Source of the DNA: Eledone cirrhosa
Lineage: Eukaryota
Assembly: GCA_964016885.1 (NCBI GenBank)
Contig: OZ024741.1
Location: 18,538,001-18,602,000, forward strand
Length of the DNA stretch: 64,000 nucleotides
Direction: 5' to 3'
Shown piece after piece: positions 52,901-64,000 of the stretch. Under the pieces are notes generated by a model. That model was given only the letters and a program-made list of their open reading frames with translations. It did no database searches and was not told the DNA's origin. The translations under genes were made by a program, and so were the position numbers. Each line of letters starts with the position of its first letter. The stretch's first letter is position 1.

Positions 52901-55900
52901 TGTCTCTATCAGTATGTGAGTGTGTCTGTATCAGTATGTGTGTGTGCGTCTGTATCAGTATGTGTGTGTGTCTATATCAGGATGTGTGTGTGTGTCTGTA
53001 TCAGTATGTGTGTGCATGTCTGTATCAGTATGTGTGTGTGTGTCTGTATCAGTATGTGTGTGTGTCTGTATCAGTATGTGTGTGTGTCTCTATCAGTATG
53101 TGAGTGTGTCTGTATCAGTATGTGTGTGTGTGTCTGTATCAGTATGTGTGTGTGTCTATATCAGGATGTGTGTGTGTGTCTGTATCAGTATGTGTGTGCA
53201 TGGCTATATCTGCATGTGTGTGTGTGTCTGTATCAGTATGTGTGTGTGTGTCTGTATCAGTATGTGTGTGTATCTGTATCAGTATGTGTGTGTGTCTGTA
53301 TCAGTATGTGTGTGTGTCTGTATCAGTATGTGTGTGTGTGTCTGTATCAGTATGTCTGTGTGTTTGTATCAGTATGTGTGTGTGTGTCTGTATCAGTATG
53401 TGTGTGTGTCTGTATCAGTATGTGTGTGTGTGTATGTATCAGTATGTGTGTATGTGTCTGTATCACTATGTGTGTGTGTCTGTATCAGTATGTGCGTCTG
53501 TATCAGTATGTGTGTGTGTCTGTATCAGTATGTGTGTGTGTGTCTGTATCAGTATGTGTGTGTGTCTGTATCAGTATGTGTGTGCATGTCTGTATCAGTA
53601 TGTGTGTGTGTGTCTGTATCAGTATGTGTGTGTGTGTCTGTATCAGTATGTGTGTGTGTCTCTATCAGTATGTGAGTGTGTCTGTATCAGTATGTGTGTG
53701 TGTGTGTCTGTATCAGTATGTGTGTGTGTCTATATCAGGATGTGTGTGTGTGTCTGTATCAGTATGTGTGTGCATGTCTGTATCAGTATGTGTGTGTGTG
53801 TCTGTATCAGTATGTGTGTGTGTGTGTGTCTGTATCAGTATGTGTGTGTGTCTCTATCAGTATGTGAGTGTGTCTGTATCAGTATGTGTGTGTGTGTCTG
53901 TATCAGTATGTGTGTGTGTCTATATCAGGATGTGTGTGTGTGTCTGTATCAGTATGTGTGTGCATGTCTGTATCTGTATGTGTGTGTGTGTCTGTATCAG
54001 TATGTGTGTGTGTGTCTGTATCAGTATGTGTGTGTATCTGTATCAGTATGTGTGTGTGTGTCTGTATCAGTATGTGTGTGTGTCTGTATCAGTATGTGTG
54101 TGTGTGTCTGTATCAGTATGTGCGTATGTGTCTGTATCACTATGTGTGTGTGTCTGTATCAGTATGTGCGTCTGTATCAGTATGTGTGTGTGTCTGTATC
54201 AGTATGTGTGTGTGTGTGTCTGTATCAGTATGTGTGTGTGTCTGTATCAGTATGTGTGTGTGTGTTTGTATCAGTATGTGTGTGTGTGTATGTATCAGTA
54301 TGTGTGTGTGTGTCTGTATCACTATGTGTGTGTATCTGTATCAGTATGTGCGTGTGTCTGTATCAGTATGTGTGTGCATGTCTGTATCAGTATGTGTGTG
54401 TGTGTCTGTATCAGTATGTGTGTGTGTGTCTGTATCAGTATGTGTGTGTGTGTCTGTATCAGTATGTGTGTGTGTTTGTATCAGTATGTGTGTGTGTGTC
54501 TGTATCAGTATGTGTGTGTGTCTGTATCAGTATGTGTGTGTGTGTATGTATCAGTATGTGTGTGTGTGTCTGTATCAGTATGTGTGTGTGTGTCTGTATC
54601 AGTATGTGTGTGTGTGTCTGTATCAGTATGTGTGTGTGTCTGTATCAGTATGTGTGTGTGTCTGTATCAGCATGTGTGTGTGTGTCTGTATCGGTATGTG
54701 TGTGTGTGTCTGTATCAGTATGTGTGTGTGTCTGTATCAGTATGTGTGTGTGCGTCTGTATCAGTATGTGTGTGTATGTCTGTATCAGTATGTGTGTGTG
54801 TGTCTGTATCACTATGTGTGTGTGTGTCTGTATCAGTATGTGTGTGTGTGTCTGTATCAGCATGTGTGTGTGTGTGTCTGTATCGGTATGTGTGTGTGTG
54901 TCTGTATCAGTATGTGTGTGTGTCTGTATCAGTATGTGTGTGTGTGTCTGTATCAGTATGTGTGTGTATGTCTGTATCAGTATGTGTGTGTGTGTCTGTA
55001 TCACTATGTGTGTGTGTGTCTGTATCAGTATGTGTGTGTGTGTCTGTATCAGCATGTGTGTGTGTGTGTCTGTATCAGTATGTGTGTGTGTGTCTGTATC
55101 AGTATGTGTGTGTGTTTGTATCAGTATGTGTGTGTGTGTCTGTATCAGTATGTGTGTGTGTCTGTATCAGTATGTGTGTGTGTGTATGTATCAGTATGTG
55201 TGTGTGTGTCTGTATCAGTATGTGTGTGTGTGTCTGTATCAGTATGTGTGTGTGTCTGTATCAGTATGTGTGTGTGTGTCTGTATCAGTATGTGTGTGTG
55301 TCTGTATCAGTATGTGTGTGTGTGTTTGTATCAGTATGTGTGTGTGTGTATGTATCAGTATGTGTGTGTGTGTCTGTATCAGTATGTGTGTGTGTCTGTA
55401 TCAGTATGTGTGTGTGTCTGTATCAGTATGTGTGTGTGTGTCTGTATCAGTATGTGTGTGTGTCTGTATCAGTATGTGTGTGTGTCTCTGTATCAGTATG
55501 TGTGTGTGTCTGTATCAGTATGTGTGTGTGTCTGTATCAGTATGTGTGTGTGTGCCTGTATCACTATGTGTGTGTATCTGTATCAGTATGTGTGTGTGTC
55601 TGTATCAGCATGTGTGTGTGTCTGTATCAGTATGTGTGTGTGTCTGTATCAGTATGTGTGTGTGTCTGTATCAGTATGTGTGTGCATGTCTGTATCAGTA
55701 TGTGTGTGTGTCTGTATCAGTATGTGTGTGTGTGTGTCGGTATCAGTATGTGTGTGTGTCTGTATCAGTATGTGTGTGTGTGTATGTATCAGTATGTGTG
55801 TGTGTGTCTGTATCAATATGTGCGTGTGTGTCTGTATCAGTATGTGTGTGTGTCTGTATCAGTATGTGTGTGTGTCTGTATCAGTATATGTGTGTGTCTG

Positions 55901-58900
55901 TATCAGTATGTGTGTGTGTCTGTATCAGTATGTGTGTGTGTGTCTGTATCAGTATGTGTGTGTGTCTCTGTATCAGTATGTGTGTGTGTCTGTATCAGTA
56001 TGTGTGTGTGTCTGTATCAGTATGTGTGTGTGTGTCTGTATCAGTATGTGTGTGTGTCTCTGTATCAGTATGTGTGTGTGTGTCTGTATCAGTATGTGTG
56101 TGTGTCTCTATCAGTATGTGAGTGTGTCTGTATCAGTATGTGTGTGTGTGTCTGTATCAGTATGTGTGTGTGTCTATATCAGGATGTGTGTGTGTGTCTG
56201 TATCAGTATGTGTGTGCATGTCTGTATCAGTATGTGTGTGTGTGTCTGTATCAGTATGTGTGTGTGTGTCTGTATCAGTATGTGTGTGTGTCTCTATCAG
56301 TATGTGAGTGTGTCTGTATCAGTATGTGTGTGTGTGTCTGTATCAGTATGTGTGTGTGTCTATATCAGGATGTGTGTGTGTGTCTGTATCAGTATGTGTG
56401 TGCATGTCTGTATCTGTATGTGTGTGTGTGTCTGTATCAGTATGTGTGTGTGTGTCTGTATCAGTATGTGTGTGTATCTGTATCAGTATGTGTGTGTGTC
56501 TGTATCAGTATATGTGTGTGTCTGTATCAGTATGTGTGTGTGTGTCTGTATCGGTATGTGTGTATGTGTCTGTATCACTATGTGTGTGTGTCTGTATCAG
56601 TATGTGCGTCTGTATCAGAATGTGTGTGTGTCTGTATCAGTATGTGTGTGTGTCTGTATCAGTATGTGTGTGTGTCTGTATCAGTATGTGTGTGTGTGTA
56701 TGTATCAGTATGTGTGTGTGTGTCTGTATCAGTATGTGTGTGTGTCTGTATCAGTATGTGTGTGTGTCTGTATCAGTATGTGTGTGTGTGTCTGTATCAG
56801 TATGTGTGTGTGTCTGTATCAGTATGTGTGTGTGTCTCTGTATCAGTATGTGTGTGTGTCTGTATCAGTATGTGTGTGTGTCTGTATCAGTATGTGTGTG
56901 TGTGCCTGTATCAGTATGTGTGTGTGTCTGTATCAGTATGTGTGTGTGTGTCTGTATCAGTATGTGTGTGTGTCTGTATCAGTATGTGTGTGTGTATCTG
57001 TATCAGTATGTGTGTGTGTCTGTATCAGTATGTGTGTGTGTGTATGTATCAGTATGTGTGTGTGTGTCTGTATCAGTATGTGTGTGTGTGTCTGTATCAG
57101 TATGTGTGTGTGTCTGTATCAGTATGTGTGTGTGTCTGTATCAGCATGTGTGTGTGTGTCTGTATCGGTATGTGTGTGTGTGTCTGTATCAGTATGTGTG
57201 TGTATCTGTATCAGTATGTGTGTGTGTCTGTATCAGTATGTGTGTGTGTGTCTGTATCAGTATGTGTGTGTATGTCTGTATCAGTATGTGTGTGTGTGTC
57301 TGTATCAGTATGTGTGTGTGTCTGTATCAGTATGTGTGTGTGCATGTCTGTATCAGTATCTGTGTGTGTCTGTATCAGTATGTGTGCATGTCTGTATCAG
57401 TATGTGTGTGTGTGTCTGTATCAGTATGTGTGTTTGTCTGTATCAGTATGTGTGTGTGTCTGTATCAGTATGTGTGTGTGTGTCTGTATCAGTATGTGTG
57501 TGTGTCTGTATCAGTATGTGTGTGTGTCTGTATCAGTATGTGTGTGCATGTCTGTATCAGTATGTGTGTGTGTCTGTATCAGTATGTGTGTGTGTGTTGT
57601 ATCAGTATGTGTGTGTGTCTGTATCAGTATGTTTGTGGGTGTCTGTATCAGTATGTGTGTGTGTCTGTATCAGTATATGTGTGTGTGTCTGTATCAGTAT
57701 GTGTGTGTGTCTGTATCAGTATGTGTGTGTGTGTCAGTATCAGCATGTGTGTGTGTCTGTATCAGTATGTGTGTGTGTCTGTATCAGTATGTGTGTGTGT
57801 CTGTATCAGTATGTGTGTGCATGTCTGTATCAGTATGTGTGTGTGTCTGTATCAGTATGTGTGTGTGTGTCGGTATCAGTATGTGTGTGTGTCTGTATCA
57901 GTATGTGTGTGTGTGTATGTATCAGTATGTGTGTGTGTGTCTGTATCAATATGTGTGTGTGTGTCTGTATCAGTATGTGTGTGTGTCTGTATCAGTATGT
58001 GTGTGTGTCTGTATCAGTATGTGTGTGTGGCTGTATCTGTATGTGTGTGTGTTTGTATCAGTATGTGTGTGTGTGTCTGTATCAGTATGTGTGTGTGTGT
58101 CTGTATCAGTATGTGTGTGTGTCTGTATCAGTATGTGTGTGTGTCTGTATCAGTATGTGTGTGTGTGTCTGTATCAGTATGTGTGTGTGTCTCTGTATCA
58201 GTATGTGTGTGTGTGTCTGTATCAGTATGTGTGTGTGTCTCTATCAGTATGTGAGTGTGTCTGTATCAGTATGTGTGTGTGCGTCTGTATCAGTATGTGT
58301 GTGTGTCTATATCAGGATGTGTGTGTGTGTCTGTATCAGTATGTGTGTGCATGTCTGTATCAGTATGTGTGTGTGTGTCTGTATCAGTATGTGTGTGTGT
58401 CTGTATCAGTATGTGTGTGTGTCTCTATCAGTATGTGAGTGTGTCTGTATCAGTATGTGTGTGTGTGTCTGTATCAGTATGTGTGTGTGTCTATATCAGG
58501 ATGTGTGTGTGTGTCTGTATCAGTATGTGTGTGCATGGCTATATCTGCATGTGTGTGTGTGTCTGTATCAGTATGTGTGTGTGTGTCTGTATCAGTATGT
58601 GTGTGTATCTGTATCAGTATGTGTGTGTGTCTGTATCAGTATGTGTGTGTGTCTGTATCAGTATGTGTGTGTGTGTCTGTATCAGTATGTCTGTGTGTTT
58701 GTATCAGTATGTGTGTGTGTGTCTGTATCAGTATGTGTGTGTGTCTGTATCAGTATGTGTGTGTGTGTATGTATCAGTATGTGTGTATGTGTCTGTATCA
58801 CTATGTGTGTGTGTCTGTATCAGTATGTGCGTCTGTATCAGTATGTGTGTGTGTCTGTATCAGTATGTGTGTGTGTGTCTGTATCAGTATGTGTGTGTGT

Positions 58901-60600
58901 CTGTATCAGTATGTGTGTGCATGTCTGTATCAGTATGTGTGTGTGTGTCTGTATCAGTATGTGTGTGTGTGTCTGTATCAGTATGTGTGTGTGTCTCTAT
59001 CAGTATGTGAGTGTGTCTGTATCAGTATGTGTGTGTGTGTGTCTGTATCAGTATGTGTGTGTGTCTATATCAGGATGTGTGTGTGTGTCTGTATCAGTAT
59101 GTGTGTGCATGTCTGTATCAGTATGTGTGTGTGTGTCTGTATCAGTATGTGTGTGTGTGTGTGTCTGTATCAGTATGTGTGTGTGTCTCTATCAGTATGT
59201 GAGTGTGTCTGTATCAGTATGTGTGTGTGTGTCTGTATCAGTATGTGTGTGTGTCTATATCAGGATGTGTGTGTGTGTCTGTATCAGTATGTGTGTGCAT
59301 GTCTGTATCTGTATGTGTGTGTGTGTCTGTATCAGTATGTGTGTGTGTGTCTGTATCAGTATGTGTGTGTATCTGTATCAGTATGTGTGTGTGTGTCTGT
59401 ATCAGTATGTGTGTGTGTCTGTATCAGTATGTGTGTGTGTGTCTGTATCAGTATGTGCGTATGTGTCTGTATCACTATGTGTGTGTGTCTGTATCAGTAT
59501 GTGCGTCTGTATCAGTATGTGTGTGTGTCTGTATCAGTATGTGTGTGTGTGTGTCTGTATCAGTATGTGTGTGTGTCTGTATCAGTATGTGTGTGTGTGT
59601 TTGTATCAGTATGTGTGTGTGTGTATGTATCAGTATGTGTGTGTGTGTCTGTATCACTATGTGTGTGTATCTGTATCAGTATGTGCGTGTGTCTGTATCA
59701 GTATGTGTGTGCATGTCTGTATCAGTATGTGTGTGTGTGTCTGTATCAGTATGTGTGTGTGTGTCTGTATCAGTATGTGTGTGTGTGTCTGTATCAGTAT
59801 GTGTGTGTGTTTGTATCAGTATGTGTGTGTGTGTCTGTATCAGTATGTGTGTGTGTCTGTATCAGTATGTGTGTGTGTGTATGTATCAGTATGTGTGTGT
59901 GTGTCTGTATCAGTATGTGTGTGTGTGTCTGTATCAGTATGTGTGTGTGTGTCTGTATCAGTATGTGTGTGTGTCTGTATCAGTATGTGTGTGTGTCTGT
60001 ATCAGCATGTGTGTGTGTGTCTGTATCGGTATGTGTGTGTGTGTCTGTATCAGTATGTGTGTGTGTCTGTATCAGTATGTGTGTGTGCGTCTGTATCAGT
60101 ATGTGTGTGTATGTCTGTATCAGTATGTGTGTGTGTGTCTGTATCACTATGTGTGTGTGTGTCTGTATCAGTATGTGTGTGTGTGTCTGTATCAGCATGT
60201 GTGTGTGTGTGTCTGTATCGGTATGTGTGTGTGTGTCTGTATCAGTATGTGTGTGTGTCTGTATCAGTATGTGTGTGTGTGTCTGTATCAGTATGTGTGT
60301 GTATGTCTGTATCAGTATGTGTGTGTGTGTCTGTATCACTATGTGTGTGTGTGTCTGTATCAGTATGTGTGTGTGTGTCTGTATCAGCATGTGTGTGTGT
60401 GTGTCTGTATCAGTATGTGTGTGTGTGTCTGTATCAGTATGTGTGTGTGTTTGTATCAGTATGTGTGTGTGTGTCTGTATCAGTATGTGTGTGTGTCTGT
60501 ATCAGTATGTGTGTGTGTGTATGTATCAGTATGTGTGTGTGTGTCTGTATCAGTATGTGTGTGTGTGTCTGTATCAGTATGTGTGTGTGTCTGTATCAGT
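49905..60600 (+). repeat. Apparently exact tandem duplication, period 5335 bp (about 49905-55240 and 55240-60575)
   Basis: ORFs 50787/56122, 50973/56308, 52920/58255, 53104/58439, 53676/59011, 54140/59475 and 54645/59980 are all offset by exactly 5335, with matching translations inside the block. Unique marker catggctatatctgcat at ~53199/58534. Confidence 0.95.
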
Positions 60601-63600
60601 ATGTGTGTGTGTGTATGTATCAGTATGTGTGTGTGTGTCTGTATCAATATGTGTGTATGTGTCTGTATCAGTATGTGTGTGTGTCTGTATCAGTATGTGT
60701 GTGTGTCTGTATCAGTATGTGTGTGTGTCTGTATCAGTATGTGTGTGTGTGTCTGTATCAGTATGTGTGTGTGTGTCTGTATCAGTATGTGTGTGTGTCT
60801 GTATCAGTATGTGTGTGCATGTCTGTATCAGTATGTGTGTGTGTCTGTATCAGTATGTGTGTGTGTCTGTATCAGTATGTGTGTGTGTGTGTGTCTGTAT
60901 CAGTATGTGTGTGTGTCTGTATCAGTATGTGTGTGCATGTCTGTATCAGTATGTGTGTGCATGTCTGTATCAGTATGTGTGTGTGTGTATGTATCAGTAT
61001 GTGTGTGTGTCTGTATCAGTATGTTTGTGTGTGTCTGTATCAGCATGTGTGTGTGTGTGTCTGTATCAGTATGTGTGTGTGTGCCTGTATAAGTATGTGT
61101 GTGCATGTCTGTATCAGTATGTGTGTGTGTCTGTATCAGTATGTGTGTGTGTCTGTATCAGTATGTGTGTGTGTGTCTGTATCAGTATGTGTGTGTGTCT
61201 GTATCAGTATGTGTGTGCATGTCTGTATCAGTATGTGTGTGCATGTCTGTATCAGTATGTGTGTGTGTGTATGTATCAGTATGTGTGTGTGTCTGTATCA
61301 GTATGTGTGTGTGTGTCTGTATCAGCATGTGTGTGTGTGTGTCTGTATCAGTATGTGTGTGTGTCTGTATCAGCCTGGGTGTGTGTCTGTATCAGTATCT
61401 GTGTGTGCATGTCTGTATCAGTATGTGTGTGTGTGTCTGTATCAGTATGTGTGTGTGGGTCTGTATCAGTATGTGTGTGTGTGTCTGTATCAGTATGTGT
61501 GTGTGTGTCTGTATCAGTATGTGTGTGTGGGTCTGTATCAGTATGTGTGTGTGTGTCTGTATCAGTATGTGTGTGTGTCTGTATCAGTATGTGTGTGTGT
61601 GTCTGTATCAGTATGTGTGTGCATGTCTGTATCAGTATGTGTGTGCATGTCTGTATCAGTATGTGTGTGTGTGTCTGCATTAGTATGTGTGTGTGTCTGT
61701 ATCAGTATGTGTGTGTGTGTCTGTATCAGTATGTGTGTGTGTCTGTATCAGTATGTGTGTGTGTGTCTGTATCAGTATGTGTGTGTGTCTGTATCAGTAT
61801 GTGTGTGTGTCTGTATCAGCATGTGTGTGTGTCTGTATCATTATGTGTGTGTGTCTGTATCAGTATGTGTGTGTGTCTGTATCAGTATGTGTGTGTGTGT
61901 CTTTATCAGTATGTGTGTGTGTCTGTATCAGTATGTGTGTGTGTGTCTGTATCAGTATGTGTGTGTGTCTGTATCAGTATGTGTGTGTGTGTTTGTATCA
62001 GTATGTGTGTGTGTGTATGTATCAGTATGTGTGTGTGTGTCTGTATCAGTATGTGTGTGTGTCTGTATCAGTATGTGTGTGTGTGTCTGTATCAGTATGT
62101 GTGTGTGTGTCTGTATCAGTATGTGTGTGTGTGTCTGTATCAGTATGTGTGTGTATCGGTATCAGTATGTGTGTGTGTGTCTGTATCAGTATGTGTGTGT
62201 GTGTCTGTATCAGTATGTGTGTGTGTGTCTGTATCAGTATGTGTGTGTGTCTGTATCAGTATGTGTGTGTGTGTCTGTATCAGTATGTGTGTGTGTGTCT
62301 GTATCAGTATGTGTGTGTGTGTCTGTATCAGTATGTCTGTGCATGTCTGTATCAGTATGTGTGTGTGTGTCTGTATCAGTATGTGTGTGTGTGTCTGTAT
62401 CAGTATGTGTGTGTGTGTCTGTATCAGTATGTGTGTGTGTGTCTGTATCAGTATGTGTGTGTGTGTCTGTATCAGTATGTGTGTGTGTGTCTGTATCAGT
62501 ATGTGTGTGTGTCTGTATCAGTATGTGTGTGTGTGTCTGTATCGGTATGTGTGTGTGTGTCTGTATCAGTATGTGTGTGTATCTGTATCAGTATGTGTGT
62601 GTGTGTCTGTATCAGTATGTGTGTGTATGTCTGTATCAGTATGTGTGTGTGTGTCTGTATCACTATGTGTGTGTGTGTCTGTATCAGTATGTGTGTGTGT
62701 CTGTATCAGTATGTGTGTGTGTCTCTGTATCAGTATGTGTGTGTGTCTGTATCAGTATGTGTGTGTGTCTGTATCAGTATGTGTGTGTGCATGTCTGTAT
62801 CAGTATGTGTGTGTGTCTGTATCAGTATGTGTGCATGTCTGTATCAGTATGTGTGTGTGTGTCTGTATCAGTATGTGTGTGTGTCTGTATCAGTATGTGT
62901 GTGTGTCTGTATCAGTATGTGTGTGTGTGTCTGTATCAGTATGTGTGTGTGTCTGTATCAGTATGTGTGTGTGTCTGTATCAGTATGTGTGTGCATGTCT
63001 GTATCAGTATGTGTGTGTGTCTGTATCAGTATGTGTGTGTGTGTTGTATCAGTATGTGTGTGTGTCTGTATCAGTATGTGTGTGGGTCTCTGTATCAGTA
63101 TGTGTGTGTGTCTGTATCAGTATATGTGTGTGTGTCTGTATCAGTATGTGTGTGTGTCTGTATCAGTATGTGTGTGTGTGTCAGTATCAGCATGTGTGTG
63201 TGTCTGTATCAGTATGTGTGTGTGTCTGTATCAGTATGTGTGTGTGTCTGTATCAGTATGTGTGTGCATGTCTGTATCAGTATGTGTGTGTGTCTGTATC
63301 AGTATGTGTGTGTGTGTCGGTATCAGTATGTGTGTGTGTCTGTATCAGTATGTGTGTGTGTGTATGTATCAGTATGTGTGTGTGTGTCTGTATCAATATG
63401 TGTGTGTGTGTCTGTATCAGTATGTGTGTGTGTCTGTATCAGTATGTGTGTGTGTCTGTATCAGTATGTGTGTGTGTCTGTATCAGTATGTGTGTGTGTC
63501 TGTATCAGTATGTGTGTGTGTGTCTGTATCAGTATGTGTGTGTGTGTCTGTATCAGTATGTTTGTGTGTCTGTATCAGTATGTGTGTGTGTGTCTGTATC

Positions 63601-64000
63601 AGTATGTGTGTGTGTGTCTGTATCAGTATGTGTGTGTGTCTCTGTATCAGTATGTGTGTGTGTGTCTGTATCAGTATGTGTGTGTGTCTCTATCAGTATG
63701 TGAGTGTGTCTGTATCAGTATGTGTGTGTGCGTCTGTATCAGTATGTGTGTGTGTCTATATCAGGATGTGTGTGTGTGTCTGTATCAGTATGTGTGTGCA
63801 TGTCTGTATCAGTATGTGTGTGTGTGTCTGTATCAGTATGTGTGTGTGTGTCTGTATCAGTATGTGTGTGTGTCTCTATCAGTATGTGAGTGTGTCTGTA
63901 TCAGTATGTGTGTGTGTGTCTGTATCAGTATGTGTGTGTGTCTATATCAGGATGTGTGTGTGTGTCTGTATCAGTATGTGTGTGCATGGCTGTATCTGTA

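Larger units (their letters stand above)
1..64000 (+). repeat. Tandem satellite/minisatellite array, monomer CTGTATCAGTAT(GT)5-6 (22/24 bp), roughly 2,800 copies, single orientation
   Basis: Every line consists of the 12-bp core ctgtatcagtat (or a 1-3 substitution variant) followed by a (GT)n tract. I saw no unique sequence and no inverted copies. Confidence 0.99.

Noticed and set aside
6-63889. Giant Cys/Val-rich + strand ORFs up to 2917 aa
   Set aside because: They overlap in all three frames, are pure translations of the repeat, and drift between frames with 2-bp indels. There is no domain, unique terminus or frame conservation.
1-64000. CRISPR-like array (constant repeat plus variable spacer)
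   Set aside because: The constant part is only 12 bp, and the spacers are (GT)n tracts rather than unique sequence. There is no leader and no cas gene.
1-64000. Telomerase-synthesised telomeric tract (G/T-rich strand, 22-24 bp unit like long yeast telomere repeats)
   Set aside because: The consensus has no GG runs and matches no telomere repeat I know. Point variants are inherited in kb-scale duplicated blocks, indicating recombinational amplification rather than templated addition. A subtelomeric location is not excluded.
1-64000. Synthetic DNA, or sequencing stutter or rolling-circle artefact
   Set aside because: Nested duplications with graded divergence, shared rare variants and strict phase conservation fit natural satellite evolution. 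Individual exact duplications could still be assembly errors.
1-64000. Deliberate information code in the 22/24 succession
   Set aside because: The recurring patterns are explained by duplication history, and nothing in the sequence indicates a reader or function.
1-64000. Embedded transposon, RNA gene, promoter, inversion or canonical G-quadruplex
   Set aside because: I saw no non-repeat insert, no reverse-orientation (AC-rich) segment and no clustered G-runs. GGG occurs only as isolated variants.

Overview
The whole 64 kb window is one uninterrupted head-to-tail tandem repeat array (minisatellite/satellite) with no unique sequence. The monomer is CTGTATCAGTAT(GT)n, usually n=5 or 6 (22 or 24 bp), giving roughly 2,800 copies by arithmetic (64000/~23). 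All copies lie in one orientation, and both ends of the array fall outside the window. The + strand is about 77-79% G+T by consensus. No genuine gene, RNA gene, transposon or CRISPR array is supported. The huge + strand ORFs are an artefact: the consensus has no stop codon in any + frame. The informative signal is in the rare variant monomers, which reveal nested higher-order structure: 2 bp, 6 bp, 22/24 bp, 120/184-192/360 bp, then 1.5, 3.7, 4.0 and 5.3 kb duplications, and a ~28-31 kb macro-duplication with alternating subfamily domains. The array looks like eukaryotic heterochromatic or subtelomeric DNA, but organism and function cannot be determined from the sequence. Block boundaries were read by eye and are approximate (about +/-50-100 bp). 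Offsets come from shared rare variants and the ORF track.
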